Origin: Lama glama
Lineage: Eukaryota
Direction of reading: 5' to 3'
NCBI GenBank assembly: GCA_028534125.1
Contig: CM052832.1
Coordinates: 21,516,001 to 21,580,000 of the forward strand
DNA: 64,000 bases
Part shown: positions 53,329-64,000 of the stretch, one piece after another
Layout: each line of letters begins with the position of its first letter
Numbering within the stretch: position 1 is the stretch's first letter
Notes under the pieces: generated by a model
The model's input: the letters and a program-made list of their open reading frames with translations, nothing else
Told to the model about the DNA's origin: nothing
Databases searched by the model: none
Made by a program: the position numbers and the translations under genes

Positions 53329-54532
53329 ATTTTTTTTTCATTTATTTTAAATTGAGGTATAATTGAAATACATTATGTTAGTTTCAGGTATACAACATAA
53401 TGATTCAATATTTGTATATATTGCAAAATGATCACAGTGGCTCCAGTTAACATATGTCACTATACATGTAAGATTTTTTCTTTTAAAGAGAATTTTTAAT
53501 ATTTACCCTCTTAGCTACCTTCCAACACATAATATGATATTATTAACTATAGTTGTCATGCTGCACATTACATCACCATGACTCATTTATTTTATAACTA
53601 GAAGTTTGTACTTTTTGACTACCTTTACCCATTTCTCCCACCTCCTACCCTGTGCCTCCCACCAATCTGTGTTTTATATCTAGGAGCTTGTTTTGTTTCG
53701 TTTTGTTTTAGATTCCACATTTAAGTGAGATCATATGGTATTTGCCTTTCTCTGCCTGACTTAACTTCACTTAGCATAATACCCTCAAAGTCCATTCATG
53801 TTGTTGCAAGTGGCAAGACTTCCTTTTTATGGGTAAATAATATTTCACTGTGTGTGCATATACAGGTATACATACACCCACTCATTTCTCTTGTCCATTC
53901 ATCTATCAATGAACACTTAGGTTATTTCCATGTCTTGGCTATTATAAATAATGCTGCAATGAACAAGGTGGTGTATGTATCTTGTTGAGTTAGTGTTTTC
54001 ATTTTCTTTGGATAAGTACTCAGAAGTGGAATTGTTGGATCATATGGTAGTTCTATTATTAATTTTTTGAGGAACTGCCATACTGTTTTCCATAGTGGCT
54101 GCACCAATTGACATTCCTAGCAATAGTGCACAAAGGTTCCCTTTTCTCCACATCCTTGCCAACACTTATTATTTCTTGCCTTGTTGATAACAGCCTTCTA
54201 ACAGGTGTGAGGTGATATCTCATTATGGTTTTGGCTTGCATTTCCCTGATGATTAGTGATACTGAGCATCTTTTCATGTGTCTGTTGATCATCTGTATGT
54301 CTTCTTTGGTAAAATATCTATTCAGATCTCTGTCCATTTTTCACTTGCATTTTTTTCTATTGAGTTGTATGAGTTCTTAATTTTGGATACTAATCTCTTA
54401 TCAGATATATGATTTGCAAATATCTTCTCCCATTTGCTATGTTGTCTTCTCATTTTGTTGATGGGTTACTTTGTTGTGTAGAAACTTTTTAGTTTGATGT
54501 GGTCCCACTTATTTTTGCTTTTGTTGTCTTTT
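53329..54532 (-). mobile_element. LINE-1 (L1MA-like) ORF2 C-terminus and 3' UTR
   Basis: Minus-strand frames [22 protein letters not shown]...MRYHLTPVR and [15 protein letters not shown]...YDPTIPLL...LFIAALFIIAKTWK are L1 ORF2 C-terminal; frameshifted. Confidence 0.95.
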
Positions 54533-55411
54533 AGATTTTAATTAATTTTAATCAACACTTCTATACTGAATATTAGCACAAGATTTGATCGTGAACTCCT
54601 CCCCCCTCCCCAGTTACTGATATTTTCTGGGAGTAGCTGGGCGAGGGGTTGAGGGAAGAGAATACGCTACTATTAAATAGGACATTCTTAAATTAGGACC
54701 TGGGGAAGTTTCCGACTTCTGCATCATGACCTCACTTGGTGTCCTGATAAATGCAACAGGACAGCATTCTACCAGTTTCTAACCTACCCTGCTGCCATTT
54801 TCCTATCTCCATGAGGCATCAGTTGATTCTCTCCTCAACCTTTCTCAAAAGCTTTAGGCTTTTATACTGGGTTCCCTGTTTCTCTGGCTTGGACATCCCC
54901 TGCTGCTTTGGCTATAAGCAACTCCAGTCCTTTGGCTGGAACCTGCCCCATCCCCACTCTTACAGAAGGGAGTTGAGAGGAGAGCAAGGTAAATAGGTCT
55001 CTGCTAGAAACAGAGTGCCCAACAGTCATCTATTAGTCTCCAGCAATATCAGCCCTGATGTCCAGCTTCAGTCCAGTGAGCTCTGCCCCAGGCTGATGGT
55101 GAATTAACTAAGGGGGAAAGAATGGAGGTGAAGGTGGCAGTTCTTAGTGTAAGTTTGGCTGCTTTATTGTCTGCTTTACAGGGAAGCCAGTCAATGGAAC
55201 CCTCAGTGCTTCCCCCTGCACTATTTCTGTCCTCTGCCTCTCCTTATTTCTTCTCATACCTTATTTCTACATAGAATTTGCTTATTTAGATTTAGATTTG
55301 GGATTGAGGTGAAAGAGGCAGGGGTAAGAAGGTCCATTTCAGCCTTGAGCGTAAGTTGTGTTGTGAATCCACCTTTATTACAGCATCTTACTTTGTAGAT
55401 TTTCAGCTACT

Positions 55412-55640
55412 TGTAGCAAAGGAGTGATGAACACGGACTCTGGAGTCAGACTGCTCTATAACTGACTGTATGACCTCTTAAGCAGTTACTTAACCTCTCT
55501 GTGTCTCAGTTTCCTCATCTGTAAAATAGGGGATAATAATAGTACTTATAGGGTTGGTAGAAAGATTAAATGGGTTATGTGTACATGTAAAGCTTTGAGA
55601 ATAGTACCAGTCACATGGTGTGCTTTACATAGCTGAGCAG
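55412..55640 (+). mobile_element. MIR SINE (well preserved)
   Basis: ggactctggagtcagactg...agttacttaacctctctgtgtctcagtttcctcatctgtaaaataggggataataatagtac. Confidence 0.92.
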
Positions 55641-55641
55641 T

Positions 55642-55692
55642 AACAATAACAATTATCATCATCATCATGATAACAACAACAACAACAACAAC
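55642..55692. repeat. Compound (ATC)n/(AAC)n microsatellite at the MIR tail
   Basis: tatcatcatcatcatgataacaacaacaacaacaacaac. Confidence 0.9.
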
Positions 55693-58424
55693 GATTCAAT
55701 CTGATTCCATTCTGCTTGTCAAGCCTCAGGGTAACTGTCAGAGCAGAACTATGCCATCTAAAGGTCCCTGGATTTATCATTTTAACACCACTAAACTCTC
55801 TTGACACATACTTCCATATGACCTATCCTTTCAGTGACAGTAACAAAATAAATAAATCAACATGTCAAAAATAAAGTTTAATTTTTAGAACAATGCCATG
55901 CTAGAAGGAAAAGAGAAAAACACATAGGTACGATATCGAAGTCAGGCTGAAGGAAACAGGATCTGTTACTCAACTTGAATCACAAGGTGAGGAGGGTTAA
56001 AAATGAGGAAAATGCTTTTGGATTGGGTTGGCACAGATCAGGAAGCAAGAAGGTGGCAACAGATAACTATGGTTGGAGCAGGAAACAGCTGAATTACATG
56101 GGCATCTTTGGTAATAATTATATGGCCACCTTGAGAGGGAAGATATTTTAAGAAACGGAAGCACAGATTTTACACCAGAAGAGCTCTTTAGTATGCCCAC
56201 TATTCTGAAGCTGAGTTATTCATTCCATTTTAGCATGGAGTTCATGGGACCAAGGAAGTGGGATGAACAGTTACTGAAGTGCTCACATCCCCATGTTTCA
56301 AGGCCATAACCTGAGCATGATTTAGTATGACTTGCTCTTAATATAACAATAAGGGAACTCAATCAATTAGACATTTATCCAATTGTTCCTGATATTCAGC
56401 AACATTCCTAAAATTACTTTTTAAACCTTTTTTAGTCTTTGCCAAAGATAGGGAACAGAGTGAAGCACACAAATGGCTTTGGACAATCTGCTGCAGAGAA
56501 CTGTTTTAAGCATGGCATAAACATGCCAGATCAATAACTTGTTTCCTTATCTGCATGTGCCATGAAAATCTGGCTATCATGGAGTGCCGGATCCATTAGA
56601 AACTGAATTTGCTATTTCCAGACAGCAGATAGCTCAAAGCTCAACAGGGCCAGCAGGCAATAATCCAAATTCGCATCTCCCTCTCTAGAAGAACAACTCG
56701 AAGCACTCTGTTGCTACATTATGCTACTCAAAGCAAAGGAGATAATGAAAGTCTGACATGACCGTAGCTGCCTCAGGTTTGAGTCAAATGGCCATCATCC
56801 TTCAGATGTAAAGAGCTGGATAAAGTGACTTTTATCTTCAATCACTAGACAAATTTGATTAATGGAGAAATGTAAATCAATACATGATTACTGAAATGAA
56901 ACCATCCCTTTTGCTCAAGATATGATACACATATGTATGAAACTCGATGTCACAGAGACTACTACTAGTCTCTTAGGGAAGAAAGGATGGTGTATAACCT
57001 AAGTTTTTTCTCTTTCCCAAGACTTCTGAAATGGATTGGGCTTCTGCCCAAGTGAAGCTGTAGAAAATAAAATTTTATACTTTTTATTATATATTTCACT
57101 GTACACTAGCAGATCTGAATTCCTAGAAATGTTTGTATGAATGATAGCTCTTAGGAAGTGTGGTTAAGGGAAACATACACCAACTTGGGGGGTGTATTTA
57201 ATACTGCAATTAAAAATGCATTGTGCTGATGCACTATTGATAAGTATTCACTCAAGTTATGCCTACAGTAATGTTTAGGATAAAAGTATCTGATAATAAG
57301 TCTCAAAGAGCTGAATATTTTTACAGTGTCTGATTATATAAACAAACTGGGGGAACACTGATTCCACCCTTCTCATCTTTTATGCTCACAAATGTTTTCT
57401 GCCCTTTACTTAGTTACCAACCCATGTTCAACCACTCTTCCACTATTTCTTTTATTAAACCACTCTCTATAGTAATACATACTTCATTTATCCAACCTTA
57501 TTAAGAACCAGCTGTTCCTAAGAAGAGTTTTCAAGATAAATAAGACTTATTCTTAAAATATCAATGTTTGTAAAGATAGATTATACACAGCTCTACCATC
57601 TTTAAATAAAACATCTGTTTCTTGATATAATTTAGGCCCAATTATTTCACCTTGGGACTACAAATACGTATAGGGATATTTGGGTATTTGGGTCCAAATT
57701 AAGTGGTCTTGGGCAGCTGCATTCTCAGAGCTCCTCTGTTAATGACCGACAGCTTTTATGGCCCTGTCCTTGCTTTCATTTAGTACACTGCCACTTCTTA
57801 ATGGAGCTCTGACTTCTTGAAGCAATTAACTGCCCTCTTCTAAACTGCTGCTAGGGCTGACTGTGGTTTGGGAAACCAGGCATCTATGTTTGTTAGAACT
57901 ATTAAGAAAAAAGTGGACTGTTTGTGGATGGAGGACTGAAGAGGTAATGAGGTGGGGAGAGACAATTAGATGATTTGGACAGTCTGGGCTGAGGCTGGCC
58001 CACTTTTAGGCTCTGTGCTGAGTTTGTGACAGCTAAGATTGCTGCACAAAAGACCTCGGGTTGAGTGATTTTCCTATCTGTTCATCTGCTAACTTCTCAA
58101 GTGTATTCATGCACAGCTGTTTTTTGGACACGTATGAGTTTGTTTACAGTTCAACTGATACGTGTCTATGTGTGCAGAAAAATCACTGAAATAAAATTTG
58201 TCACCAAAAGACAAAGAAAACTTTACTTCACCAACATAGAAGCTATGTAATAATGTTTCTCTTCACGTGTGTCCACTGATTTCTGTACAAAATGTAGAAT
58301 ATTTTACAAATGTAGAAAAAGTATTAAAACAACCATCGTCACTAAAAGAAAATGAGAAGCCCACTTCATAAAATACAGAAACTGTAATAGTGGCATCTTG
58401 TTAAAGACTCACTTTTAGTGGTTG

Positions 58425-58535
58425 AGCTTAGAGCAAAATGAGCACTCAAAATGAGTCTGAAGGAAAATACTTGATTTATTTTTTAAACTGTAAAGACAAA
58501 TTTTGCTGGACACTGGAAGTATTTTATTTTGGATT
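58425..58535. repeat. Left arm of a 111-bp inverted repeat
   Basis: Reverse complement of 59219-59329 with 6 substitutions and 2 one-base indels. Confidence 0.95.
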
Positions 58536-59218
58536 AATTGATTACTTCATTAACTCATATAGAGCAACTGTGTTTAGGAACAGACCTAAACAGAACTGTA
58601 TACCTTTTTCCTTCCAAGAATTTTTATATTTTATAGTAGCTTTTTACATTAGCAGATTATAAACATCTGTGTGTAGCTAATAAACCTAGATTTCCCCCAA
58701 ACATATAATTCTGATAAAACCTAACAAGAAAGAGAAGAAGAAAGAAAGGAAATAATAAAAAGAGAGAGACAGGTATCTTCTATATGCGTGGCAGTATTTT
58801 CTTCAGGCTAAAGACAGAAAGCACATGTTAATTTGCATAGCTGTAATAAAAGTGCTCTAATTGTAGCTTATTCTACTTACCTGTGACTTATTCAAAGGAA
58901 AAATTCAACTCCAGATTTGATTTCTGTGACCTGAAAGATCTCTGGCCCTATAACCTTTCCTGGTCATTAGCATGATGTATTTTCAGAAATTACAAGCTAT
59001 GTTTATTATGTGTTTATTCAAATAACAGAGGAAAGAATATAATGTACAAAATACAATCAGATTACCTGCTGCTCTGGGTTCCCCTTTACCAATGTTCCCT
59101 TTCATTAGGCAGATAAATGGAAATCAGGTTTGGTCCAGCCTTTCTGTGTAAGTTTATATCATGAGAATTCCCCAAAACATTTTTTTTTTAAAAAGATGGA
59201 CATGGAACCAGAGATAAC

Positions 59219-59329
59219 AATCCAAAATGAAATTCTTCCAGTGTCCAGCAAAATTTGTTTTAGAGTATAAAAAAATAAATCAAGTATTTTCCTTAAGACT
59301 CATTCTGAGTGCTCATTTTGCTCTAAGCT
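59219..59329. repeat. Right arm of the 111-bp inverted repeat
   Basis: aatccaaaatgaaattcttccagtgtccagcaaaatttg...gagtgctcattttgctctaagct. Confidence 0.95.
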
Positions 59330-59849
59330 TTATTTGCTTTTTGCAACAGCACTTAAGAGAAAACCAACTGACCATTTACAACCTAAACAATGGCTTTAGA
59401 GTATGACTAAGAAATGCACCTGGCTTCACTCAAACAACAGATTTGTTTAACCTGGTGACTCCTGTGTCTGGGGTCAGGCTGGAGCAATCCTGGATGGGGG
59501 AGGAAAGAACAGCAAATATAACTGACTCACTGGGAACAAAACGGTGGTACTCACTACTCTGTAATTACAACTGTTTTAACAGTTTCTCGGAGGCAAGGCT
59601 ATCATTTAAGTGACCTACTATAATTTGGGATGAAGCCCCAGGAAATTATGCCAAGTTGAGAACAGAAGTTGCATTTCTGAGTTCACTCAGCATAATGAAT
59701 CCACTGAGATGATGAGTATTCCTTCTTCGGTACAAATTCACATCATGGGAAAAATTAACAATTAAAAAAATCTAGCTGGAGAGGAAGAGAATACTGCAAC
59801 ATTCACTCCCAGGAGCAGACTGCAGTGTATTTTACTTCTTGCATCATTT

Positions 59850-60050
59850 TGGTTATACAAAATTTCAATCATATAGAACAAATATATGGAATAGAACGAT
59901 GAAGTCGCACAAATCAATAATTCAGTTTCAATCATCAACATGTGGCCAGCCTTCTTTTACTGAAACTTACCCACCCCCTTCCTTTAATTCTTTTTTAAAG
60001 CAAATCCCAGACAGCCTACATTTTATTGTATATAAACTTTCATTTATGAT
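59850..60050 (-). mobile_element. Old LINE-1 3' end (L1MB/L1MC-like)
   Basis: aaaatttcaatcatatag...tcatcaacatgtggccagcctt...ttttaaagcaaatcccagaca. Confidence 0.6.
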
Positions 60051-61589
60051 ATACATATATATATATGTAACCTGAAGATCATTCCAGAAATCTCACCGAG
60101 GATGAGATGTTTAAACCAATTTTAACCACATCTTACAAAAACGTTTACACTAAAATCTATCTGCCTAGAAAACTAATTTGTTTGAATATAAGTGGATAAT
60201 TAAAATGACAAAGTAACTTGAATCACAACTCTCTATTATTTTATTTATGGGGAGAAAGGGAACATTCTAAGATTGAGAAAAGTGTGCACGTTACTCAGTC
60301 CCTGTGATTCTGGGCTTTGTGGACACCCATCGACAAGAGACAAGGTGAACAGTAACATGGTTAGACCGGCCCGGATAGAGCTTGGAAAAACGGGAGGAGG
60401 CTACCACGGGTCAGGAGCTGCCTAGAAGGAACCTTTTGCCTCTTCCTTTACTACACGTACAGAAGGAAACGGAATGCCAACAGGCTAAAACTTGGGAGCT
60501 TCAAAAATCACTCATCAAGCAGTCCAGCTACTTATAATAATTTATTACCGATCTTAAAGCAAAGATCAAAAGGAACTCCATCTAGCATTTACATTCAGTT
60601 CCTCACTGCCTGATGACTAATTTGTAGAGGAATGAAGTCTACACAAGGGAAGCCAACATAATCTGAGGTGACTTTGATACAATGCCACAAAGGATATGAA
60701 GAGGAAGCTGGTAGAAAAGCTACAAATGGCTAAGTTCCATTAAGAGTTCTAATAAAAGAATAATGGAATTTCCCTTGGCTATGAATTAAAAAATGTGAGA
60801 AGCAGGCAAAATTTAGACAAGTCAGGCAAAACCTTTGCTCTGTTACAGCCTCTTGTTGTTGCTGGTGATAAATATTAACTGAAGCCACTGGTGCGTTTAT
60901 GTTAATTAAATGGCATCATCTAAAAAAATGCAACTTTCCCATCAGAAATCTGGCCAGTCTCTCTCCTTTTGCTGTTGTGTTACTTATCAGCCTGCACCTT
61001 CCGTCTGCATTGTCAGACACTCCTGGCTCACTCAACCCCTTTCAAACAAAGTGCCATACTCTGCAAAGTGATTGATTTAACTTGAAAAATGTAACTTGAA
61101 ATGATGAAAAAAAATTTTTAGTCTTGTATATCCCCATGGTCACATGGAACATAAACATCTCTTTTTCCAAATTTTTGGTGCTTAAGTCACTTGGTCACTA
61201 TGGAAACACTAGAAGCTCTTCAAATTCTTGCAACTTCTATGAACAACTGGAACAATTTTTTCCTCCTGAATCCAGACATCTCCATATTCTCAAATGAGGA
61301 AAGTGGTTTTCACACTACTTATTTTCGCTAGTTAAAAAATTCCCACCACATGTCTCCTTGTAAATTCATAGATAAAGATTTAAGTTTATATTAGCATTTC
61401 GACTGTGCAAATGTTTTGTTTGCTTCTGAAAGCACCTCAAATTAACAGATTTACTGGAACCTGAAATGACAGAGAAGTTTTGCACAAGTCTCAGAATACT
61501 TGTGATGTAGTTCCCCATGAAGATGTGGTGCTGAGCAGTTTCTTAAAAATTAGTTACAAGTATTTTTTTTTAAAAAAAGAAAACTGATT

Positions 61590-61760
61590 TTTTAACAAAT
61601 ATATGGTGAAATACTTAAAAATGAAAAGACGTCTGAGAATTCTTCAAATACAGGGAATGGAGAGTGTGGGGTATACATGAGACAAGTCTGGCCATAGGTC
61701 CAGGAAGCCAGGGGATGGGTACCACAGGGGTCATTACCCTCCTTGGCCTTCTGTGCAGCA
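61590..61760 (+). mobile_element. Old LINE-1 3' end fragment
   Basis: gtggggtatacatgagacaagtctggccat...ggggatgggtaccacaggggtcatta. Confidence 0.55.
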
Positions 61761-62229
61761 AAGCTCTTGGGAGTGAGTATTTCACATATAATTCTAGGGA
61801 CTGCTTTTTTCCTGAGGGTTTTTATTTACAAATGTAATTTTCTATCAGGAGCAATGGAGAACCAAGAGTTGGCAATTAACATTTCAACTATCTTTACCGA
61901 TTCAAAAGCCAAGTTTCCCCATGCTGCTGTTTGGAAAGAAAGAATCCACCAACCAAAAAACACCCCCCAAAATCTGTCTTTTCACGGTCTTTGAGATTTC
62001 AGTGACAACACGTAATGAGATTTTAATGTGAATAAAATAGAATTATTTTAGTTAGGAAATACAAAGTTTCTCTTTTCTTTACAAGACATAAAGAGTTGAA
62101 ACATTAAAATTGAAATATAAACGTAATTGGTAAGTATACTTCAGAATCACTATGTACTGGTGAAAACTGTGCTATACGTTCAGAAGGATGTCTGTTAACC
62201 CAATAAGACTAGTAACATGCTTCTCTTAC

Positions 62230-62292
62230 CTTGTGATCATAGGGATTGTAAGAATGAAACACGCGAGAAAGATCTTTTGTTCTTTGCTTTTT
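62230..62292 (-). CDS. Candidate 63-nt internal exon of an unidentified minus-strand gene (phase 0: KKQRTKDLSRVFHSYNPYDHK)
   Basis: Strong acceptor tgtttgtgttttcttccacag and strong donor AAG|GTAAGA; length divisible by 3; open in two of three frames; not in a recognisable repeat. Confidence 0.5.
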
Positions 62293-62739
62293 CTGTGGAA
62301 GAAAACACAAACATTTGTGTTGACAGGTGGCAAAAATATATACATCTGTATATATCTGTATGTACACCTCTGTCTGCCTGTCTGTCTGTTTTATGACATT
62401 GTTTATGTAGAGGTTCTCCCCTTGTACCAGCTGAGGGACTACACTGTCAATCTGGGACAAATGGATACAACTAGAAGCCAAAGCCATTTGATGGTTATGT
62501 GGGTCACTGTCCCAGACCAGCCAGGCAATCGCTTCCTAGAAGGCTCTGTAATTAAAACTCTATTTATAATAAATGCATAATTCGGAGACTAAAATGAAGA
62601 AAAAGCTATGAAAAGAAAGAAAACAAACACATTTAGAGCACTTTAAACTTCACTGAAATACCAACTTCTGTTACTCAGAATTGGGCACTCACGCTTACAT
62701 TTAATATACCTTCTTCAGGCTTCCTGGCCACAGCGTCGG

Positions 62740-62860
62740 TCTGTCCGCTGGAGCCTGCAGCTGTGAGCCTGCCTTTGCTCTGTCACTGCTATATAGTGAC
62801 ATGTGTTTATGTCTCACACACACTCAATAAGTATCTGCTATGTCAACGAATAAATGAATA
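62740..62860 (+). mobile_element. LINE-2 3' end
   Basis: gtcactgctatat...cactcaataagtatctgctatgtcaacgaataaatgaat. Confidence 0.6.
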
Positions 62861-63789
62861 TATCTGAGTTAGGTATATAATTATTATCTCTGCAATGATG
62901 ACACGTAACTCACACACAGTTATGAAAAGACGAGCCTTTCTTCGCTTGTAATGATGCTTCCTTGATTAGAAGAAGCCAGGCACTACTCCAGTGCCCTCCC
63001 CACCACCTAGTCCCCAGTATCTGCGACAATGAAGCGTGTAGTTCTCTTACGAGAGCTGACTGTAAGAATCAGCTTGTTTTCTAATCCACTGTGATTTGTC
63101 CACCCACCATAACCACCATGAGCCATTCTGCAGGTGTTTCCAGACCTTCGGTGTGTGTATCTTCACACACAACTGATTACTATTACTTTCAAAGAAAAGG
63201 GATCATTCTGTGCAAAGTGCTCTGAAACTTACTTTTTTCCACTTAACAATTTATCCTTGCCAAACTCGAAGGCTTGTATATCCAGCTCTCTAATCCCTTA
63301 CACAGAGTTCTGAAGCCCAAAAAACTTATGAAATCTGAACTTTTTTCCCGCAATTCACTTCAATTTTTAAGTAAAATGATAATCTCCCCACAAACATCTT
63401 TGCCAGCCTTAGAGTGTATATATATATATTTTAAAGATAAATTACAGAAGTCCAGTCACAGGATCAAATAGTATGCTTGTCATAATTACCCTGACAGAAA
63501 CTGCCAAACAGCCCCTTACCCCAAACTCTGTACTGATGTCCTCTTGCCAAGACAGAATCAGAGAAGGGATGCGGCTTAAAAAGGAAGTTCTTAATTTCTC
63601 TCTTCCATTTAAAGATTAGGACATTTCTAAATTTAGAGAACAGATACATTTTAAAAACAGATATTGAACATCTTCCCAGAATCTGATGATAGAATTTATT
63701 TCTTGTGTTTACTTTTCATACAGCATAGAGTTAGCCCACTACTACATCTTAAAATTCTGCCATGAGAATGGCCTGTTTGACTTTAACAC

Positions 63790-64000
63790 TGCCCTCATCT
63801 TGCTCCATATTCTCTTCAGATGTTGTTAATCCTTGCCTGGTGTCCACATTTCCTAGAGAAGTAGTCCTTCCTTAAACTCCAGTGTCCTCAGGAACCCATC
63901 TGTCATACCTCCCCAATGTCGGAGATCTAAGCACATCCCCCAGCATAGCTTCCACACGACCTTCGGCAGCTACTTGGCTAAGTAGTCAGATCTGATATTA
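63790..64000 (+). mobile_element. Probable LINE-2 internal fragment
   Basis: ccttaaactccagtgtcctcagg...catcccccagcatagcttcca loosely resembles L2 ORF2 3' sequence. Confidence 0.3.

Noticed and set aside
1..64000. CRISPR array, operon or other prokaryotic-type system
   Set aside because: No regularly spaced repeats or gene-dense coding; the repeat content is unambiguously mammalian

Overview
Mammalian genomic DNA, most likely camelid because it carries two Vic-1-like tRNA-Ala-derived SINEs. It is almost entirely non-coding and reads like large-gene intron or intergenic sequence. It is dense in old interspersed repeats: MIR, L2, L1M, MER2/Tigger2/MER104, MER20/MER53 and ERV1/MaLR LTRs. One young 5'-truncated LINE-1 runs into a 500-N assembly gap and has a visible target-site duplication. 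Nearly all listed ORFs are noise or repeat-derived. The only convincing coding-exon candidate is a 63-nt minus-strand exon at 62230-62292, whose gene I could not identify. Structures not explained by repeats I recognise are: (i) a 111-bp, ~93% identical inverted repeat (58425-58535 / 59219-59329) enclosing a 50-nt exon-like segment with a consensus donor; (ii) a ~620-bp cluster of TGACAG (MEIS/PKNOX/TGIF-type) motifs; (iii) a diverged ~120-bp direct duplication with a 32-bp identical core. I see no prokaryotic-type system (operon, CRISPR) and cannot claim a new biological system; the findings are hypotheses. Repeat family names come from my recall of consensus sequences, not a database search, and boundaries of old repeats are approximate.
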